64,000 nucleotides of DNA from contig CAZYYM010000005.1 of assembly GCA_964651385.1 (NCBI GenBank), forward strand, positions 13,836 through 77,835, written 5' to 3'. The notes below the pieces were generated by a model. It had not been told where the DNA came from. It saw only the letters and a program-made list of their open reading frames with translations, and ran no database searches. A program made the position numbers and the translations under genes. This stretch comes from an uncultured Gammaproteobacteria bacterium (GTDB lineage: Bacteria; Pseudomonadota; Gammaproteobacteria; GCA-001735895). Position 1 is the stretch's first letter, and each line of letters opens with the position of its first letter. Shown one piece after another: positions 1 to 10,145 of this stretch.

Positions 1-8
1 TAGTATAC

Positions 9-17
9 TTATCCACA
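9..17 (+). promoter_or_regulatory. DnaA box (perfect consensus) upstream of rpmH
   Basis: TTATCCACA at 9-17. It lies upstream of rpmH, where the dnaA promoter/oriC region usually sits; dnaA itself would be outside the window. Confidence 0.75.
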
Positions 18-122
18 GTCTGAGCAAAGGGTTAAAATGCTATTTATTTTAAGCCCAGAAGTTACTAGTCAGGGTCATTTAATAGCACCCGCGATTTTAT
101 TTTGGTAAACGCTTAAAATAGC

Positions 123-131
123 TGTGTATAT
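123..131 (-). promoter_or_regulatory. DnaA-box-like site (1 mismatch)
   Basis: TGTGTATAT versus the TGTGNATAA consensus, in the same intergenic region as the perfect box. Confidence 0.35.
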
Positions 132-221
132 AGGCATTTAACTATTGACGTAAGCAGTCAGTCCAAGTAAATTGTCGCGCCTTGTTGAAATCGACAGGCA
201 GTTTAAGCAGAGAACCCAGAC

Positions 222-356
222 ATGAAACGTACATTCCAACCCAGTAATCTGAAGCGAGCCAGAACGCACGGATTCCGCGCTCGTATGCAAACACGCGGCG
301 GCCGTAGCGTCATTAAGGCGCGTCGTGCCAAAGGCAGGGCTCGTCTGGCACCATAA
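222..356 (+). CDS. rpmH: 50S ribosomal protein L34 (44 aa; below the ORF-track cutoff)
   Basis: Manual translation [44 protein letters not shown]; canonical position before rnpA. Confidence 0.98.
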   Translation: MKRTFQPSNLKRARTHGFRARMQTRGGRSVIKARRAKGRARLAP

Positions 357-359
357 AAC

Positions 360-728
360 GTGCAAACCCGGGATGAGGTGTCATTCCCCAGGCAATTAAG
401 ATTAACGCGTGCGGATGAATTTAGGCAGGTTTTCCAAAATAACTGTCGCCAGGGCGATACCAGTATTACTATACTGGTTGGGAAAAAGCTCGGTCGATCA
501 CCGAGACTAGGATTTGCTATCGCGAAAAAGCAAATTCCTAAAGCGGTTCAACGCAATCGACTGAAAAGAATATTCCGCGAGAGTTTTCGTAAAAATCAGC
601 AAAGACTGCCAATACGAGACATGGTTGTTTTGGTGCGGCGGCCAATTTTAAATCTGGATCGGACGCAACTAAACATTACACTGGAAAATCATTGGAACGG
701 CGTTATCAAACAATGCGAAAAATTCTGA
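360..728 (+). CDS. rnpA: Ribonuclease P protein component
   Basis: FPRQLRL...F..VF and the RNR motif [17 protein letters not shown]; synteny. Confidence 0.96.
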   Translation: MQTRDEVSFPRQLRLTRADEFRQVFQNNCRQGDTSITILVGKKLGRSPRLGFAIAKKQIPKAVQRNRLKRIFRESFRKNQQRLPIRDMVVLVRRPILNLDRTQLNITLENHWNGVIKQCEKF

Positions 729-976
729 TTATACCGATACGCATTTACCAATACCTGCTAAGTCCATGGCTGGGTAACCAGTGTCGATATACACCCAGTT
801 GCTCGCATTACTCAATAGAAGCCATCCAACAGCATGGTGTGTTCAAAGGCTTATTATTAAGCCTGAAACGACTGGCGAGTTGCCACCCCTGGCATACGGG
901 AGGATACGATCCGGTACCCGAGCCTACGCCTACTTCCCCCAAGTTAAACCCTGGACAGAGTAAATTCGATGGATAA
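713..976 (+). CDS. yidD: Membrane protein insertion efficiency factor YidD
   Basis: [23 protein letters not shown]...[13 protein letters not shown]. Start moved to ATG 713 (MRKILI). Confidence 0.93.
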   Translation: MRKILIIPIRIYQYLLSPWLGNQCRYTPSCSHYSIEAIQQHGVFKGLLLSLKRLASCHPWHTGGYDPVPEPTPTSPKLNPGQSKFDG

Positions 977-2645
977 CACGCGATTATTTTTATTTGCAGC
1001 GCTGGTATTCGTCGGCATGTTGTTGTGGCAACAGTGGCAGGCAGACTATGGACCTCAACCGCTTGTCAGCGAGCAGGGCGCCCAGACTCAAGGAATTTCG
1101 TCTGATGAACCCACTGCCAGTCTACCCAATATGGATGACTTACCCGATCAGGCCGAAACGACTGCTAACGCCGGTAGTACGGCTAATATCTTCGACGATA
1201 GTGACAGTGAAGTAACCGCCAGCCAACGAATTATTGTCGAAACTGATGTCATACGAGCCGAAATAGACACGCTCGGTGGCGTTGTTCGGTCATTAAAATT
1301 ATTGAAATTTCCGGTATCTCTCGACCAACCGAACGAGTTTCTGGAAATTGTTCACAGCAACAGCGATTCTGTTTACCTGTTGCAAAGTGGCCTGCGAAAT
1401 AAGGAAAATACGGCACCGACACACCACAGTCTTTATCGGGCCGCGAAAAATGAATATCATCTCGAAGACGGTAGCAACGAACTGATCGTGCCGCTAGTGT
1501 GGCGCGAGAATGGGATCGAAGTTATCAAGAGTTACCATTTTAAACGCGGTGATTATCTGGTTAATGTCAAACACCGTGTTAGCAACCAGTCTGATCAGGT
1601 CTGGCAGGGTGCCGAATATCGACAAATTCAGCGCTCCCGCCCGCTCAAAACATCGCGATTGTTGTACACCTATACCGGTTCCGTGTATTACAACGACCTA
1701 GTGAAGTACGAAAAAGTCAAATTTGATGATATGGAAGAGACTCAATTAAAGACACAATCCACTGGCGGCTGGATTGCGATGTTACAGCATTATTTCCTCT
1801 CGGCCTGGGTGCCGGACCAATCTGAATCCAACCTGGTATATTCGATTGCCAATACTCGTCGTCAACCGGCGACTTATACCATCGGTCTCAGATCAGAGAA
1901 TCTGCAGGCCGTACCCGGTAGCAGTATAGAATTCAACAGCCAAATGTTTGTAGGCCCTAAAATTGTTAATCGGTTGGAGGAAATATCTCCCGGCCTGGAA
2001 TTGACCGTCGATTATGGAGTACTGACATTTATTTCCAAGCCCCTGTACTGGTTATTGTCGTTTTACCATAGTTATGTCGGTAATTGGGGTCTGGCCATCA
2101 TATTATTGACATTGACGGTTAAATCGCTGTTTTATAAATTATCGGAAACCAGTTATCGGTCTATGGCGAGAATGCGAAAAGTAGCCCCGCGCATGAAAAC
2201 CCTGAAAGAACGATTTGGAGATGACCGACAAAAACTCAATCAGGCAATGATGGAGTTATACAAAACCGAAAAAATCAATCCAATGGGTGGATGTCTGCCG
2301 ATTCTGGTTCAAATACCGGTATTCATTGCTCTTTACTGGGCGCTGCTGGAAAGTGTGGATTTACGCCAGGCGCCATTTATATTCTGGATTAAAGATCTGT
2401 CGGTAATGGATCCCTATTATGTGTTACCACTGATTATGGGGATTAGTATGTTTATTCAACAGAAGTTGAATCCACCACCACCCGACCCTATTCAGGCCAA
2501 AGTGATGATGGCCCTGCCCTTTATTTTCACGGTATTTTTTGCCTTCTTTCCGTCCGGGCTGGTGCTCTACTGGGTAATCAATAATACTCTTTCGATTACG
2601 CAACAGTGGATTATTACCAAACGTATCGAAGCCGGGGCCAAGTAG
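969..2645 (+). CDS. yidC: Membrane protein insertase YidC
   Basis: MDNTR..LF N-terminus, large periplasmic domain, [35 protein letters not shown]. Confidence 0.97.
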   Translation: MDNTRLFLFAALVFVGMLLWQQWQADYGPQPLVSEQGAQTQGISSDEPTASLPNMDDLPDQAETTANAGSTANIFDDSDSEVTASQRIIVETDVIRAEIDTLGGVVRSLKLLKFPVSLDQPNEFLEIVHSNSDSVYLLQSGLRNKENTAPTHHSLYRAAKNEYHLEDGSNELIVPLVWRENGIEVIKSYHFKRGDYLVNVKHRVSNQSDQVWQGAEYRQIQRSRPLKTSRLLYTYTGSVYYNDLVKYEKVKFDDMEETQLKTQSTGGWIAMLQHYFLSAWVPDQSESNLVYSIANTRRQPATYTIGLRSENLQAVPGSSIEFNSQMFVGPKIVNRLEEISPGLELTVDYGVLTFISKPLYWLLSFYHSYVGNWGLAIILLTLTVKSLFYKLSETSYRSMARMRKVAPRMKTLKERFGDDRQKLNQAMMELYKTEKINPMGGCLPILVQIPVFIALYWALLESVDLRQAPFIFWIKDLSVMDPYYVLPLIMGISMFIQQKLNPPPPDPIQAKVMMALPFIFTVFFAFFPSGLVLYWVINNTLSITQQWIITKRIEAGAK

Positions 2646-2678
2646 TCGGCCGAAGGGTATTTACCCGGCATTAAAACC

Positions 2679-4013
2679 ATGCCAGGCAAAGAGACTATAG
2701 CCGCTATCGCCACCCCTCCGGGTATTGGCGGTATTGGTGTCATTCGAATCTCCGGTAGCAAGGCCAGGCAGATTGGTGAATTACTCACCGATAGCTCTCT
2801 GGTCGATAAGCGTATTCAGTTTCGCAGGTTTTATGATTCTCAGAAGCAGGTTGTTGACCATGGCATCTGCTTTTATTCGGCAAGGCCACAATCTTTTACC
2901 GGCGAAGATGTTGTCGAGGTTCAGGCGCATGGCGGACCTATTCTGCTCGATATGTTGCTTGAACGTATCTGTGAGCTCGGCGCTCGACTGGCACAGGCAG
3001 GGGAATTTTCTGAACGAGCGTTTACCAATGGTAAGCTCGATCTGGCACAGGCCGAGGCCATAGCGGACTTAATCGAATCCGGCAGTCGTGCCGCTGCGAA
3101 AGCTGCGATGCGTTCACTGCAGGGCGAGTTTTCGAGTCGGATTCACAAGTTGGTTGACGACATTATTAATTTGCGCAGTTATGTCGAAGCGGCACTGGAT
3201 TTTGCCGAGGAAGAAATCGATTTTCTCGGCGACAACAGGATTGTTAGCCAATTACAGAACAGCCAGGAAAATATTTTTCAAGTTTTAAAAAGAGCCGAGC
3301 AGGGCCGAGTTCTCAAGGAAGGTTTAAACCTGGTTCTGGCCGGCCTACCCAATGCGGGAAAATCCAGCTTATTGAATTATCTGGCTGGTTATGAAGCGGC
3401 GATTGTGACTGAAATACCCGGCACGACGCGTGATGTTTTGCGTGAACACATATCACTCAAGGGCATTCCGCTACACATTCACGATACGGCTGGTCTCCAC
3501 GATTCTGACAATCCGGTCGAACAGGAAGGCATAAAGCGGGCCTGGAGGGAAATCCGGCAGGCGGATTCGGTATTGTTGCTGGTTGATGCGACGATCGGCA
3601 TTACCGAATTGGATCGGGTGATCATAGAACAACTCGAATCGGTGAATTATAAATTAATATACAGTAAAGTTGATTTATTGCCGGATACCTGCATACGAGA
3701 GGCAGACAGATTGTATATTTCGACACGAAATGGCGAAGGCTTGTCGGAGCTAATCGAGGCGATAACGAATAAATTATTAGATTTCAATCTGGACGGGCAA
3801 TCCATATTGGCCCGTCGACGCCATATCGATGCGCTGCAACGAGCCGGAGACAGCCTGAACCAGGCCAGTCGGGTATTTCTCGAAACCGGGTCGGCGGAAT
3901 TAATGGCCGAGGATCTTCGGATTACTCAACAATATCTCAGTGAAATTACCGGAGAATTTACTTCCGATGATTTACTCGGGCAGATATTTTCACGATTCTG
4001 TGTCGGTAAATAA
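2679..4013 (+). CDS. mnmE: tRNA modification GTPase MnmE (TrmE)
   Basis: TIAAIATPPG.GGIGVIRISG, GLPNAGKSS, PGTTRD, DTAG, C-terminal FCVGK. Confidence 0.97.
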   Translation: MPGKETIAAIATPPGIGGIGVIRISGSKARQIGELLTDSSLVDKRIQFRRFYDSQKQVVDHGICFYSARPQSFTGEDVVEVQAHGGPILLDMLLERICELGARLAQAGEFSERAFTNGKLDLAQAEAIADLIESGSRAAAKAAMRSLQGEFSSRIHKLVDDIINLRSYVEAALDFAEEEIDFLGDNRIVSQLQNSQENIFQVLKRAEQGRVLKEGLNLVLAGLPNAGKSSLLNYLAGYEAAIVTEIPGTTRDVLREHISLKGIPLHIHDTAGLHDSDNPVEQEGIKRAWREIRQADSVLLLVDATIGITELDRVIIEQLESVNYKLIYSKVDLLPDTCIREADRLYISTRNGEGLSELIEAITNKLLDFNLDGQSILARRRHIDALQRAGDSLNQASRVFLETGSAELMAEDLRITQQYLSEITGEFTSDDLLGQIFSRFCVGK

Positions 4014-4032
4014 AATGGGCATCAGGGTTTGT

Positions 4033-4962
4033 TCAAGATAAAGTACGGCGTAACAGCAAAATATTTTTAAATTCATCCGGATCCTTGGTAAATGTTAAAT
4101 CACCGACCAGAGGAGGGTAAATTTGATCCTGTAAACGCGACAGCCAGAAACGTGTCGCGGCCAGCCGCAACATTAAGGTCAGATTATCTTGTTCAATCGC
4201 CTGCAAGGGTCGCAATGATTCGTAGGCGTCGATGAATGCTCGCACTAAACCGGCATCGAGGTCACCATTTTTCTGTATGCAGCAATCATTCAGGGCAATT
4301 GCTAAATCGTAGAGAAAGACTTCATCGCAAGCATAGTCGAAATCGATAATACCGCCCAATTTGTCGCCATCGAAAAGACAATTGTCATGAAATAAATCGA
4401 GGTGAGTCGGTCCACCGGGCAGGTTCAGGAAATTAAGAGAATGAAAATTATTGATTTCGTCGTCGAGCAATTTCTGATCGTCCATTTTCAGGTGTGCCTG
4501 TAGCTTTCGCGGCATTGATAATATCCAGCATTTACCACGAGGATTAAATCGCGTATACCGATAATTCTTCCCCGCCAAATGAAATTTTGCCAGTTCGGTT
4601 CCAATAAACATGCAGTGTCGAGGTGCCAGATATCGACAGACATGACCTTTTATCCGATTATTTATTGCTGCCGGGCGGTTGTTTAAGGTTGAATAATATC
4701 GTTGTTGGTTATCGATAACCGGGGTTGCACAGGCGACTCCCTGGTTGGCCAGATGATGTTGTAAACCGAGTATATAATCGAGATCCTTCGGCTGGTGGTA
4801 TTCATAAAGCGTCAGCACAAATTTGCCCTGCTCTGTTTCCAGCCAGTAATTGCTGTTGGTTATACCATTTTTGATGCCCGAGTAGGAAAGCAGATCACCG
4901 ATGGTATAACCTGCAAGAAATATCTCGAGTTCGGTGGTTGAAACAGAGGTATAAACTGACAT
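4033..4962 (-). CDS. thrB: Homoserine kinase, type II (aminoglycoside-phosphotransferase fold)
   Basis: MSVYT.VS, GITNSNY, FVLTLYE, HLDLFHDNCLF, GIIDFDYAC, FWLSRL; next to polA as in pseudomonads. Confidence 0.88.
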   Translation of the reverse strand: MSVYTSVSTTELEIFLAGYTIGDLLSYSGIKNGITNSNYWLETEQGKFVLTLYEYHQPKDLDYILGLQHHLANQGVACATPVIDNQQRYYSTLNNRPAAINNRIKGHVCRYLAPRHCMFIGTELAKFHLAGKNYRYTRFNPRGKCWILSMPRKLQAHLKMDDQKLLDDEINNFHSLNFLNLPGGPTHLDLFHDNCLFDGDKLGGIIDFDYACDEVFLYDLAIALNDCCIQKNGDLDAGLVRAFIDAYESLRPLQAIEQDNLTLMLRLAATRFWLSRLQDQIYPPLVGDLTFTKDPDEFKNILLLRRTLS

Positions 4963-5046
4963 AGAAACAGGTTACCGGAAATTCGTAACTACGCCTGTGA
5001 TACTATTTCTAGTCAGGCTAAACGGCAGGCATTGTAACGCAAGCGT

Positions 5047-7743
5047 ATGAATCAGGAAAAACAAAAAAAACTGGTGTTGATCGACGGAAGTTCCTATCTA
5101 TTTCGAGCTTATCATGGATTACCCCCATTGACCTTTAATGGTCATGCTACGGGCGCCTTGTACGGTGTACTTAACATGCTACGTAAACTGGTCAAGGACG
5201 AACAACCCGATAATATTGCTGTGGTATTCGATGCCAAAGGAAAAACTTTTCGCAACGAAATTTATGCCGATTACAAGGCAAACCGGCCGCCGATGCCGGA
5301 TGATTTGCGCGAACAGATTGAACCCTTGCATGAAATCATACGGGCCATGGGGTTTCCGTTGGTCTGTATTGACGGGGTTGAAGCCGACGATGTCATAGGC
5401 ACCTTAAGTGTTAAAGCCAGTGAAAAAGAATTTCAGGTTTTGATATCTACCGGCGACAAGGATATGGCACAACTGGTTAATGATAATGTGCAATTGATTA
5501 ACACCATGAATAATCACCTGATGACGAGTGACACTGTGGTCGAAAAGTTTCAGGTTAAAGCTGATCAGATCATCGACTACCTGGCGTTAATGGGAGACAA
5601 TTCGGACAATATTCCCGGCGTTCCGAAAGTCGGTCCGAAAACGGCGAGCAAGTGGATAGCTCAATACGGCAGTCTGCAGGGCGTAATGGATCATGCCGAG
5701 GAAATCAAAGGTAAAGTCGGTGAAAATCTTCGCGATTCCCTCAATTTTCTGCCGATGTCGTATCAGCTCGCGACCATTAAACTCGATTGTGACACCGGTG
5801 TTGAAATTGATGAGCTCATTCAATCGCAGGCCGATAACAATGTGTTGGGGGAATATTATCAACGATTCGGTTTTACCCGTTGGTACGATGAGCTGGAAGC
5901 CCCGGTTTCTGATACGGAAATGCCTGATCAGATAAAAACCGACTACGAATGTGTGCTTTCTCAGGCAGTATTGAACTATTGGCTCGATGCATTGAAGAAT
6001 TGCGAGATTTTTGCCGTCGATACAGAAACCACCAGTCTTGACTACATGCAGGCGAAACTGGTCGGCATATCTCTATGCGTCGAAGCCGGAAAGGCATGCT
6101 ATATACCATTAGGTCATAGTTATCTGGGTGCCCCGGAGCAACTTGAGCGCAATTCAACTTTGGCGGCTCTAAAGCCGATTTTAGAAAATCCATCGATTGG
6201 CAAAATTGGCCAGAATATTAAATACGATGCGCATATATTTATCAGCGAAGGTATATTTTTAAAAGGTATTCGAGAAGACACCATGTTGCAGTCTTATGTG
6301 CTGAATTCAACGGCAACGAGGCACAACATGGATGCGCTTGCGCAGGTTTATCTTGGCCGGGATACCATACACTTTGAAGAAATCGCTGGAAAGGGTGCTA
6401 AACAAAGCACTTTCGACCAGATTGAGCTCGAAAAGGCCACTGATTATGCGGCCGAAGATGCCGATATTACGCTGCAATTACACGAAAATTTAAGGCCGAG
6501 ATTTGATGAAAATAACAGACTCTACTCGGTATACCGAAACATCGAACTACCATTGGTGGAAATCCTGGTTAAGGTAGAACAAAACGGTGTGCTGGTTGAT
6601 CGGAATCTGCTGCATCAGCAAGGTCTCGAAGTGGGGAAAAAGCTCGACGATATAGAAAAGTCGATTTTTCAGCATGCCGGTGAAGAATTTAACCTGAGCT
6701 CCCCAAAACAGATTCAGTCGATTTTATACGACAAACTCGAACTACCAGTTTTACGCAAGACACCGAAAGGACAGCCATCCACGGCCGAGGATGTACTCGA
6801 AGAACTGGCTTTGAATTATCCGATCCCTGCGTTGTTGCTCGAGCATCGCAGTCTGAATAAATTAAAGTCGACCTATATTGACAAATTACCTAACGAAATT
6901 AATGCAAACAGCGGTCGCGTACATACTTCTTACCAACAGGCGGTCGCGTCAACCGGGCGGTTGTCGTCAACCAGCCCCAATTTGCAGAATATCCCCATTC
7001 GAACTGCCGAGGGCCGACGTATTCGCGAAGCATTCGTGGCACCCAAAGGTAAATGCATACTGGCGCTGGATTACTCGCAGATCGAGCTTCGCATCATGGC
7101 GCATTTATCCACCGACGATAATTTAATCAAGGCTTTTGAGCAAGGCTTGGATGTGCATCGCGCCACTGCAGCAGAAGTATTTGGGTGTAAACTTGAATCG
7201 GTCGAAAACAATCAGCGCCGTGCCGCCAAAGCCATTAATTTCGGCTTGATTTACGGTATGTCCGCTTTCGGTCTCGGTAAACAGCTAAATATTGGTAGAA
7301 AGGAGGCGCAGCGATATGTCGAAACCTATTTCGAGCGTTATCCGGGCGTCAAACGATATATGGAGGAAACCAAACAATTGGCGAGGGATCAGGGTTATGT
7401 CGAAACCGTCTTTGGGCGGCGTTTATACCTGCCTGATATTAACGCCAGAAACACCATGCAACGCCAATATGCGGAGCGCACGGCAATCAATGCGCCCATG
7501 CAGGGCACCGCAGCCGACATTATCAAACGTGCGATGATCGATGTACATCACTGGTTGATCGAAGACGGTGATAATACCCGTATGATTATGCAGGTACACG
7601 ATGAACTGGTGTTTGAAGTTGATCAAAGCGACATCGACCGAAATCGTGATGCAATTGGTCAGTTAATGACTTCTGCGGCGGATTTATCGATAAAACTGGA
7701 GGTCGATGCGGGTGTCGGCGCCAATTGGCACGAAGCCCATTAA
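5047..7743 (+). CDS. polA: DNA polymerase I
   Basis: 5'-3' exonuclease LIDGSSYLFRAYH, 3'-5' exonuclease DTETT, polymerase motifs DYSQIELR, KAINFGLIYG, QVHDEL. Confidence 0.99.
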   Translation: MNQEKQKKLVLIDGSSYLFRAYHGLPPLTFNGHATGALYGVLNMLRKLVKDEQPDNIAVVFDAKGKTFRNEIYADYKANRPPMPDDLREQIEPLHEIIRAMGFPLVCIDGVEADDVIGTLSVKASEKEFQVLISTGDKDMAQLVNDNVQLINTMNNHLMTSDTVVEKFQVKADQIIDYLALMGDNSDNIPGVPKVGPKTASKWIAQYGSLQGVMDHAEEIKGKVGENLRDSLNFLPMSYQLATIKLDCDTGVEIDELIQSQADNNVLGEYYQRFGFTRWYDELEAPVSDTEMPDQIKTDYECVLSQAVLNYWLDALKNCEIFAVDTETTSLDYMQAKLVGISLCVEAGKACYIPLGHSYLGAPEQLERNSTLAALKPILENPSIGKIGQNIKYDAHIFISEGIFLKGIREDTMLQSYVLNSTATRHNMDALAQVYLGRDTIHFEEIAGKGAKQSTFDQIELEKATDYAAEDADITLQLHENLRPRFDENNRLYSVYRNIELPLVEILVKVEQNGVLVDRNLLHQQGLEVGKKLDDIEKSIFQHAGEEFNLSSPKQIQSILYDKLELPVLRKTPKGQPSTAEDVLEELALNYPIPALLLEHRSLNKLKSTYIDKLPNEINANSGRVHTSYQQAVASTGRLSSTSPNLQNIPIRTAEGRRIREAFVAPKGKCILALDYSQIELRIMAHLSTDDNLIKAFEQGLDVHRATAAEVFGCKLESVENNQRRAAKAINFGLIYGMSAFGLGKQLNIGRKEAQRYVETYFERYPGVKRYMEETKQLARDQGYVETVFGRRLYLPDINARNTMQRQYAERTAINAPMQGTAADIIKRAMIDVHHWLIEDGDNTRMIMQVHDELVFEVDQSDIDRNRDAIGQLMTSAADLSIKLEVDAGVGANWHEAH

Positions 7744-7838
7744 GGTCTGAATTTGCCGACTTGAAAAATTTTGATTCGAACCCAAATAATTAAAGAATTT
7801 TCTGGCAGAATAGACTATATATAAAGCATAACCTGTTA

Positions 7839-7865
7839 GAACTTTATAGTTGTGACGATGTCTAT
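7839..7865 (+). promoter_or_regulatory. Candidate sigma-E/AlgU-type promoter
   Basis: GAACTT (7839-7844), 16-nt spacer, TCTAT (7861-7865); fits GAACTT-N16/17-TCnnA except for the last base. Confidence 0.6.
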
Positions 7866-7867
7866 GA

Positions 7868-7985
7868 TTTTGCGCTATAGCCCAGCGCAAAAGTCCGTTC
7901 TTCCTCCTATGAGCGGACATTGATCCGGAAACCCCATCCGGTTCAAACCATTTGACCCTGGTAGTTATCTGCCAGGGCTTTTTTT
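7868..7985 (+). ncRNA. Candidate small RNA between polA and engB (Spot42/ErsA position)
   Basis: Three hairpins followed by an intrinsic terminator, directly after a sigma-E-like promoter; no credible ORF. The 5' end is approximate (~7868-7872). Confidence 0.6.
7956..7985 (+). terminator. Rho-independent terminator
   Basis: CCCTGGTAG-TTAT-CTGCCAGGG stem-loop (one G-U pair) followed by C and a run of 7 T. Confidence 0.85.
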
Positions 7986-8004
7986 GGGTGTTATATCCAG
8001 CCCT

Positions 8005-8595
8005 TTATAGAAAAGCAAGCCACTCGCGGCATCTGGCTTCCAATTGATCGAGACCATTACGGTTGATGACTGAAAGGCTGGACACCGAATGAAGGTCGCT
8101 ATGGAGTATTGTATGCGCCTGCTTGATTGATCTCTGCACAGCAGCTTTTGACAATTTATCGGATTTGGTTAACAAAATATGCAGAGGTAACCTATCGACC
8201 AGCATATCGATCAGCACCTGGTCCGCGTCGCCAAGGCCGCGCCGAATATCTACTACTATAACCAGTCCTTTTAAAGCTTTACGATGCAGAAGATAGGTCG
8301 ATAGTACCAGATCCCAGTGATTGCGCATTTTCCGGGAAACCCTGGCAAAGCCATAACCCGGTAAATCGACCAGATAGCGTTCCCCATTGAGCTTGAAAAA
8401 ATTGATTAGTTGCGTACGCCCCGGGGACTTGCTGGTTTTACAGAGGGCTTTCTGGTCGGTCAGGCAATTGATAGCACTGGATTTACCGGCATTTGATCGC
8501 CCGGCAAATGCAATTTCGTAACCCTGATCGGGAATCAGCTGTGAAAGCTCGAAAGCACTGGTTTGGAAAATTGCGTTACGGAAGAAATTACTCAT
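8005..8595 (-). CDS. engB: Ribosome biogenesis GTP-binding protein EngB/YihA
   Basis: AFAGRSNAGKSS, SKSPGRTQLINFF, DLPGYG, TKSDK. Confidence 0.96.
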   Translation of the reverse strand: MSNFFRNAIFQTSAFELSQLIPDQGYEIAFAGRSNAGKSSAINCLTDQKALCKTSKSPGRTQLINFFKLNGERYLVDLPGYGFARVSRKMRNHWDLVLSTYLLHRKALKGLVIVVDIRRGLGDADQVLIDMLVDRLPLHILLTKSDKLSKAAVQRSIKQAHTILHSDLHSVSSLSVINRNGLDQLEARCREWLAFL

Positions 8596-8689
8596 GCTTT
8601 TAAGTCAAGGTCTGGTTGAATGCAACGGTCGGGTATGATATACATTCTCGCCGAAAATTTCTGTACTTGAATCATCCTCAGGAGACAAC

Positions 8690-9295
8690 ATGAAACCGAG
8701 CCCTATTGGTGCCATTATCATTGGACTTTGCAGTTTAATGTCATTCACACTATTTGCCGCCGACAGCGAAGCTGGTAAGTCCAAGAGCGTTCTATGTGCG
8801 GGCTGTCATGGTGCGGATGGTAATAGCGTTAATGGCCAGTGGCCCAAACTGGCTGGACAGCACGCCACGTATTTAGGTAAGCAAATCAAGGATTTTAAAA
8901 GCGGCTCACGCGCCGATGCAGTGATGAAAGGTATGGTTGCGGCATTGTCTGATGACGATATCGCTAACGTCGCAGCTTATTTCGAAGGGCAGAAAATTAA
9001 AGCCGGGGCCTTTGATAAAGATCGGGTGGCAAAAGGCGAGGCTATTTACCGTGGCGGTATCACCGAAACATCGGTACCTGCTTGTATAGCCTGCCATAGT
9101 CCGACCGGCACGGGCAATGGCCCGGCCTATTTTCCTTCGTTGAAGAATCAACACCCGGAATACATTATATCGCAATTAAAAAAATTCAAGGACGGTACGC
9201 GATCGAATGATCCAGGCAAAATGATGCAAAATGTTGCCGCACGTATGCTGGACAGTGAAATGGCAGCCGTTGCAGCCTATATTGCCGGTTTATGA
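8690..9295 (+). CDS. Di-heme cytochrome c4
   Basis: Signal peptide, two CxxCH motifs (CAGCH, CIACH) with downstream Met ligands; engB/dsbA neighbourhood. Confidence 0.92.
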   Translation: MKPSPIGAIIIGLCSLMSFTLFAADSEAGKSKSVLCAGCHGADGNSVNGQWPKLAGQHATYLGKQIKDFKSGSRADAVMKGMVAALSDDDIANVAAYFEGQKIKAGAFDKDRVAKGEAIYRGGITETSVPACIACHSPTGTGNGPAYFPSLKNQHPEYIISQLKKFKDGTRSNDPGKMMQNVAARMLDSEMAAVAAYIAGL

Positions 9296-9485
9296 TCCGA
9301 ATTCGCTGATGGCTCCCGCATTAGCGGAAGCCATTCTGGGAGGGATTCAGGTCGGTTCCATTAAGCTGGCATTCGAATTAATGCATTAAAATTAAGCCTA
9401 TAGCAAACTATCGATCGAATCTCGAGTTATTAACAGATCATCGAGATAGTGACCCGAAATCAATTAAACCACGAGAGGCAATCAC

Positions 9486-10112
9486 ATGTTAAAAAAATGG
9501 ACACTAGGACTTTTTCTATGCCTGATGTTGAGCAACCAGGTAATGGCGCAACTGGCTTTTAATGAAGGTGTCGATTACAAACTGATAAGTCCGGCTGTAA
9601 AAACGACTAACGCCGAAAAAGTCGTTGTTACCGAGATGTTCTGGTACGGGTGCCCCCATTGTTTTCGTTTCGAGCCGTATATCGAACACTGGGCATCAAA
9701 CCTGCCTGACACGGTGGTTTTTGAACAGATTCCTTCCGTCCTTAATCCGAGATGGGCCGATCACGCTAGAGCTTTTTATAGCCTGAAGTTGATGGGTAAG
9801 CAAAGAATATTACACACTAAATTATTCGATGCCATTCACGTCAAACGCCAACGTCTAAATGGATTCGATTCGATAGCAAAATTTGTTGCTGAGCAAGGGG
9901 TTGATGAAACCAAATTTCGTGAAACCTTCCACTCATTTCCGGTTGATGCCTTATTGCGTAAAAATCTACAGAAAGAAAGTAAATATGGCCACAATGGCGT
10001 ACCTGCAGTAATCATTAATGGTAAATACCTGACTTCGGGATCAATGACTGGCAGTAATGAACGATTGATCCAGGTCATTAATTTTCTAGTCGCTGAGGAG
10101 CTGAATCAGTAA
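9486..10112 (+). CDS. dsbA: Thiol:disulfide interchange protein DsbA
   Basis: Signal peptide, EMFWYGCPHC, cis-Pro loop GVPAVIINGKY. Confidence 0.93.
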   Translation: MLKKWTLGLFLCLMLSNQVMAQLAFNEGVDYKLISPAVKTTNAEKVVVTEMFWYGCPHCFRFEPYIEHWASNLPDTVVFEQIPSVLNPRWADHARAFYSLKLMGKQRILHTKLFDAIHVKRQRLNGFDSIAKFVAEQGVDETKFRETFHSFPVDALLRKNLQKESKYGHNGVPAVIINGKYLTSGSMTGSNERLIQVINFLVAEELNQ

Positions 10113-10145
10113 CCGGTATCGGTTGCTGTCCGAGTATTTGGACAA

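Noticed and set aside
4791-4798. E. coli-type Chi octamer GCTGGTGG
   Set aside because: A single occurrence is expected by chance, and this organism's RecBCD Chi sequence is unknown; genome-wide counts would be needed.
9309-9334. Hairpin after the cytochrome c4 stop (ATGGCT.CCGC-ATTA-GCGG.AGCCAT)
   Set aside because: No U-tract and no second copy seen, so I cannot call it a terminator or REP element.
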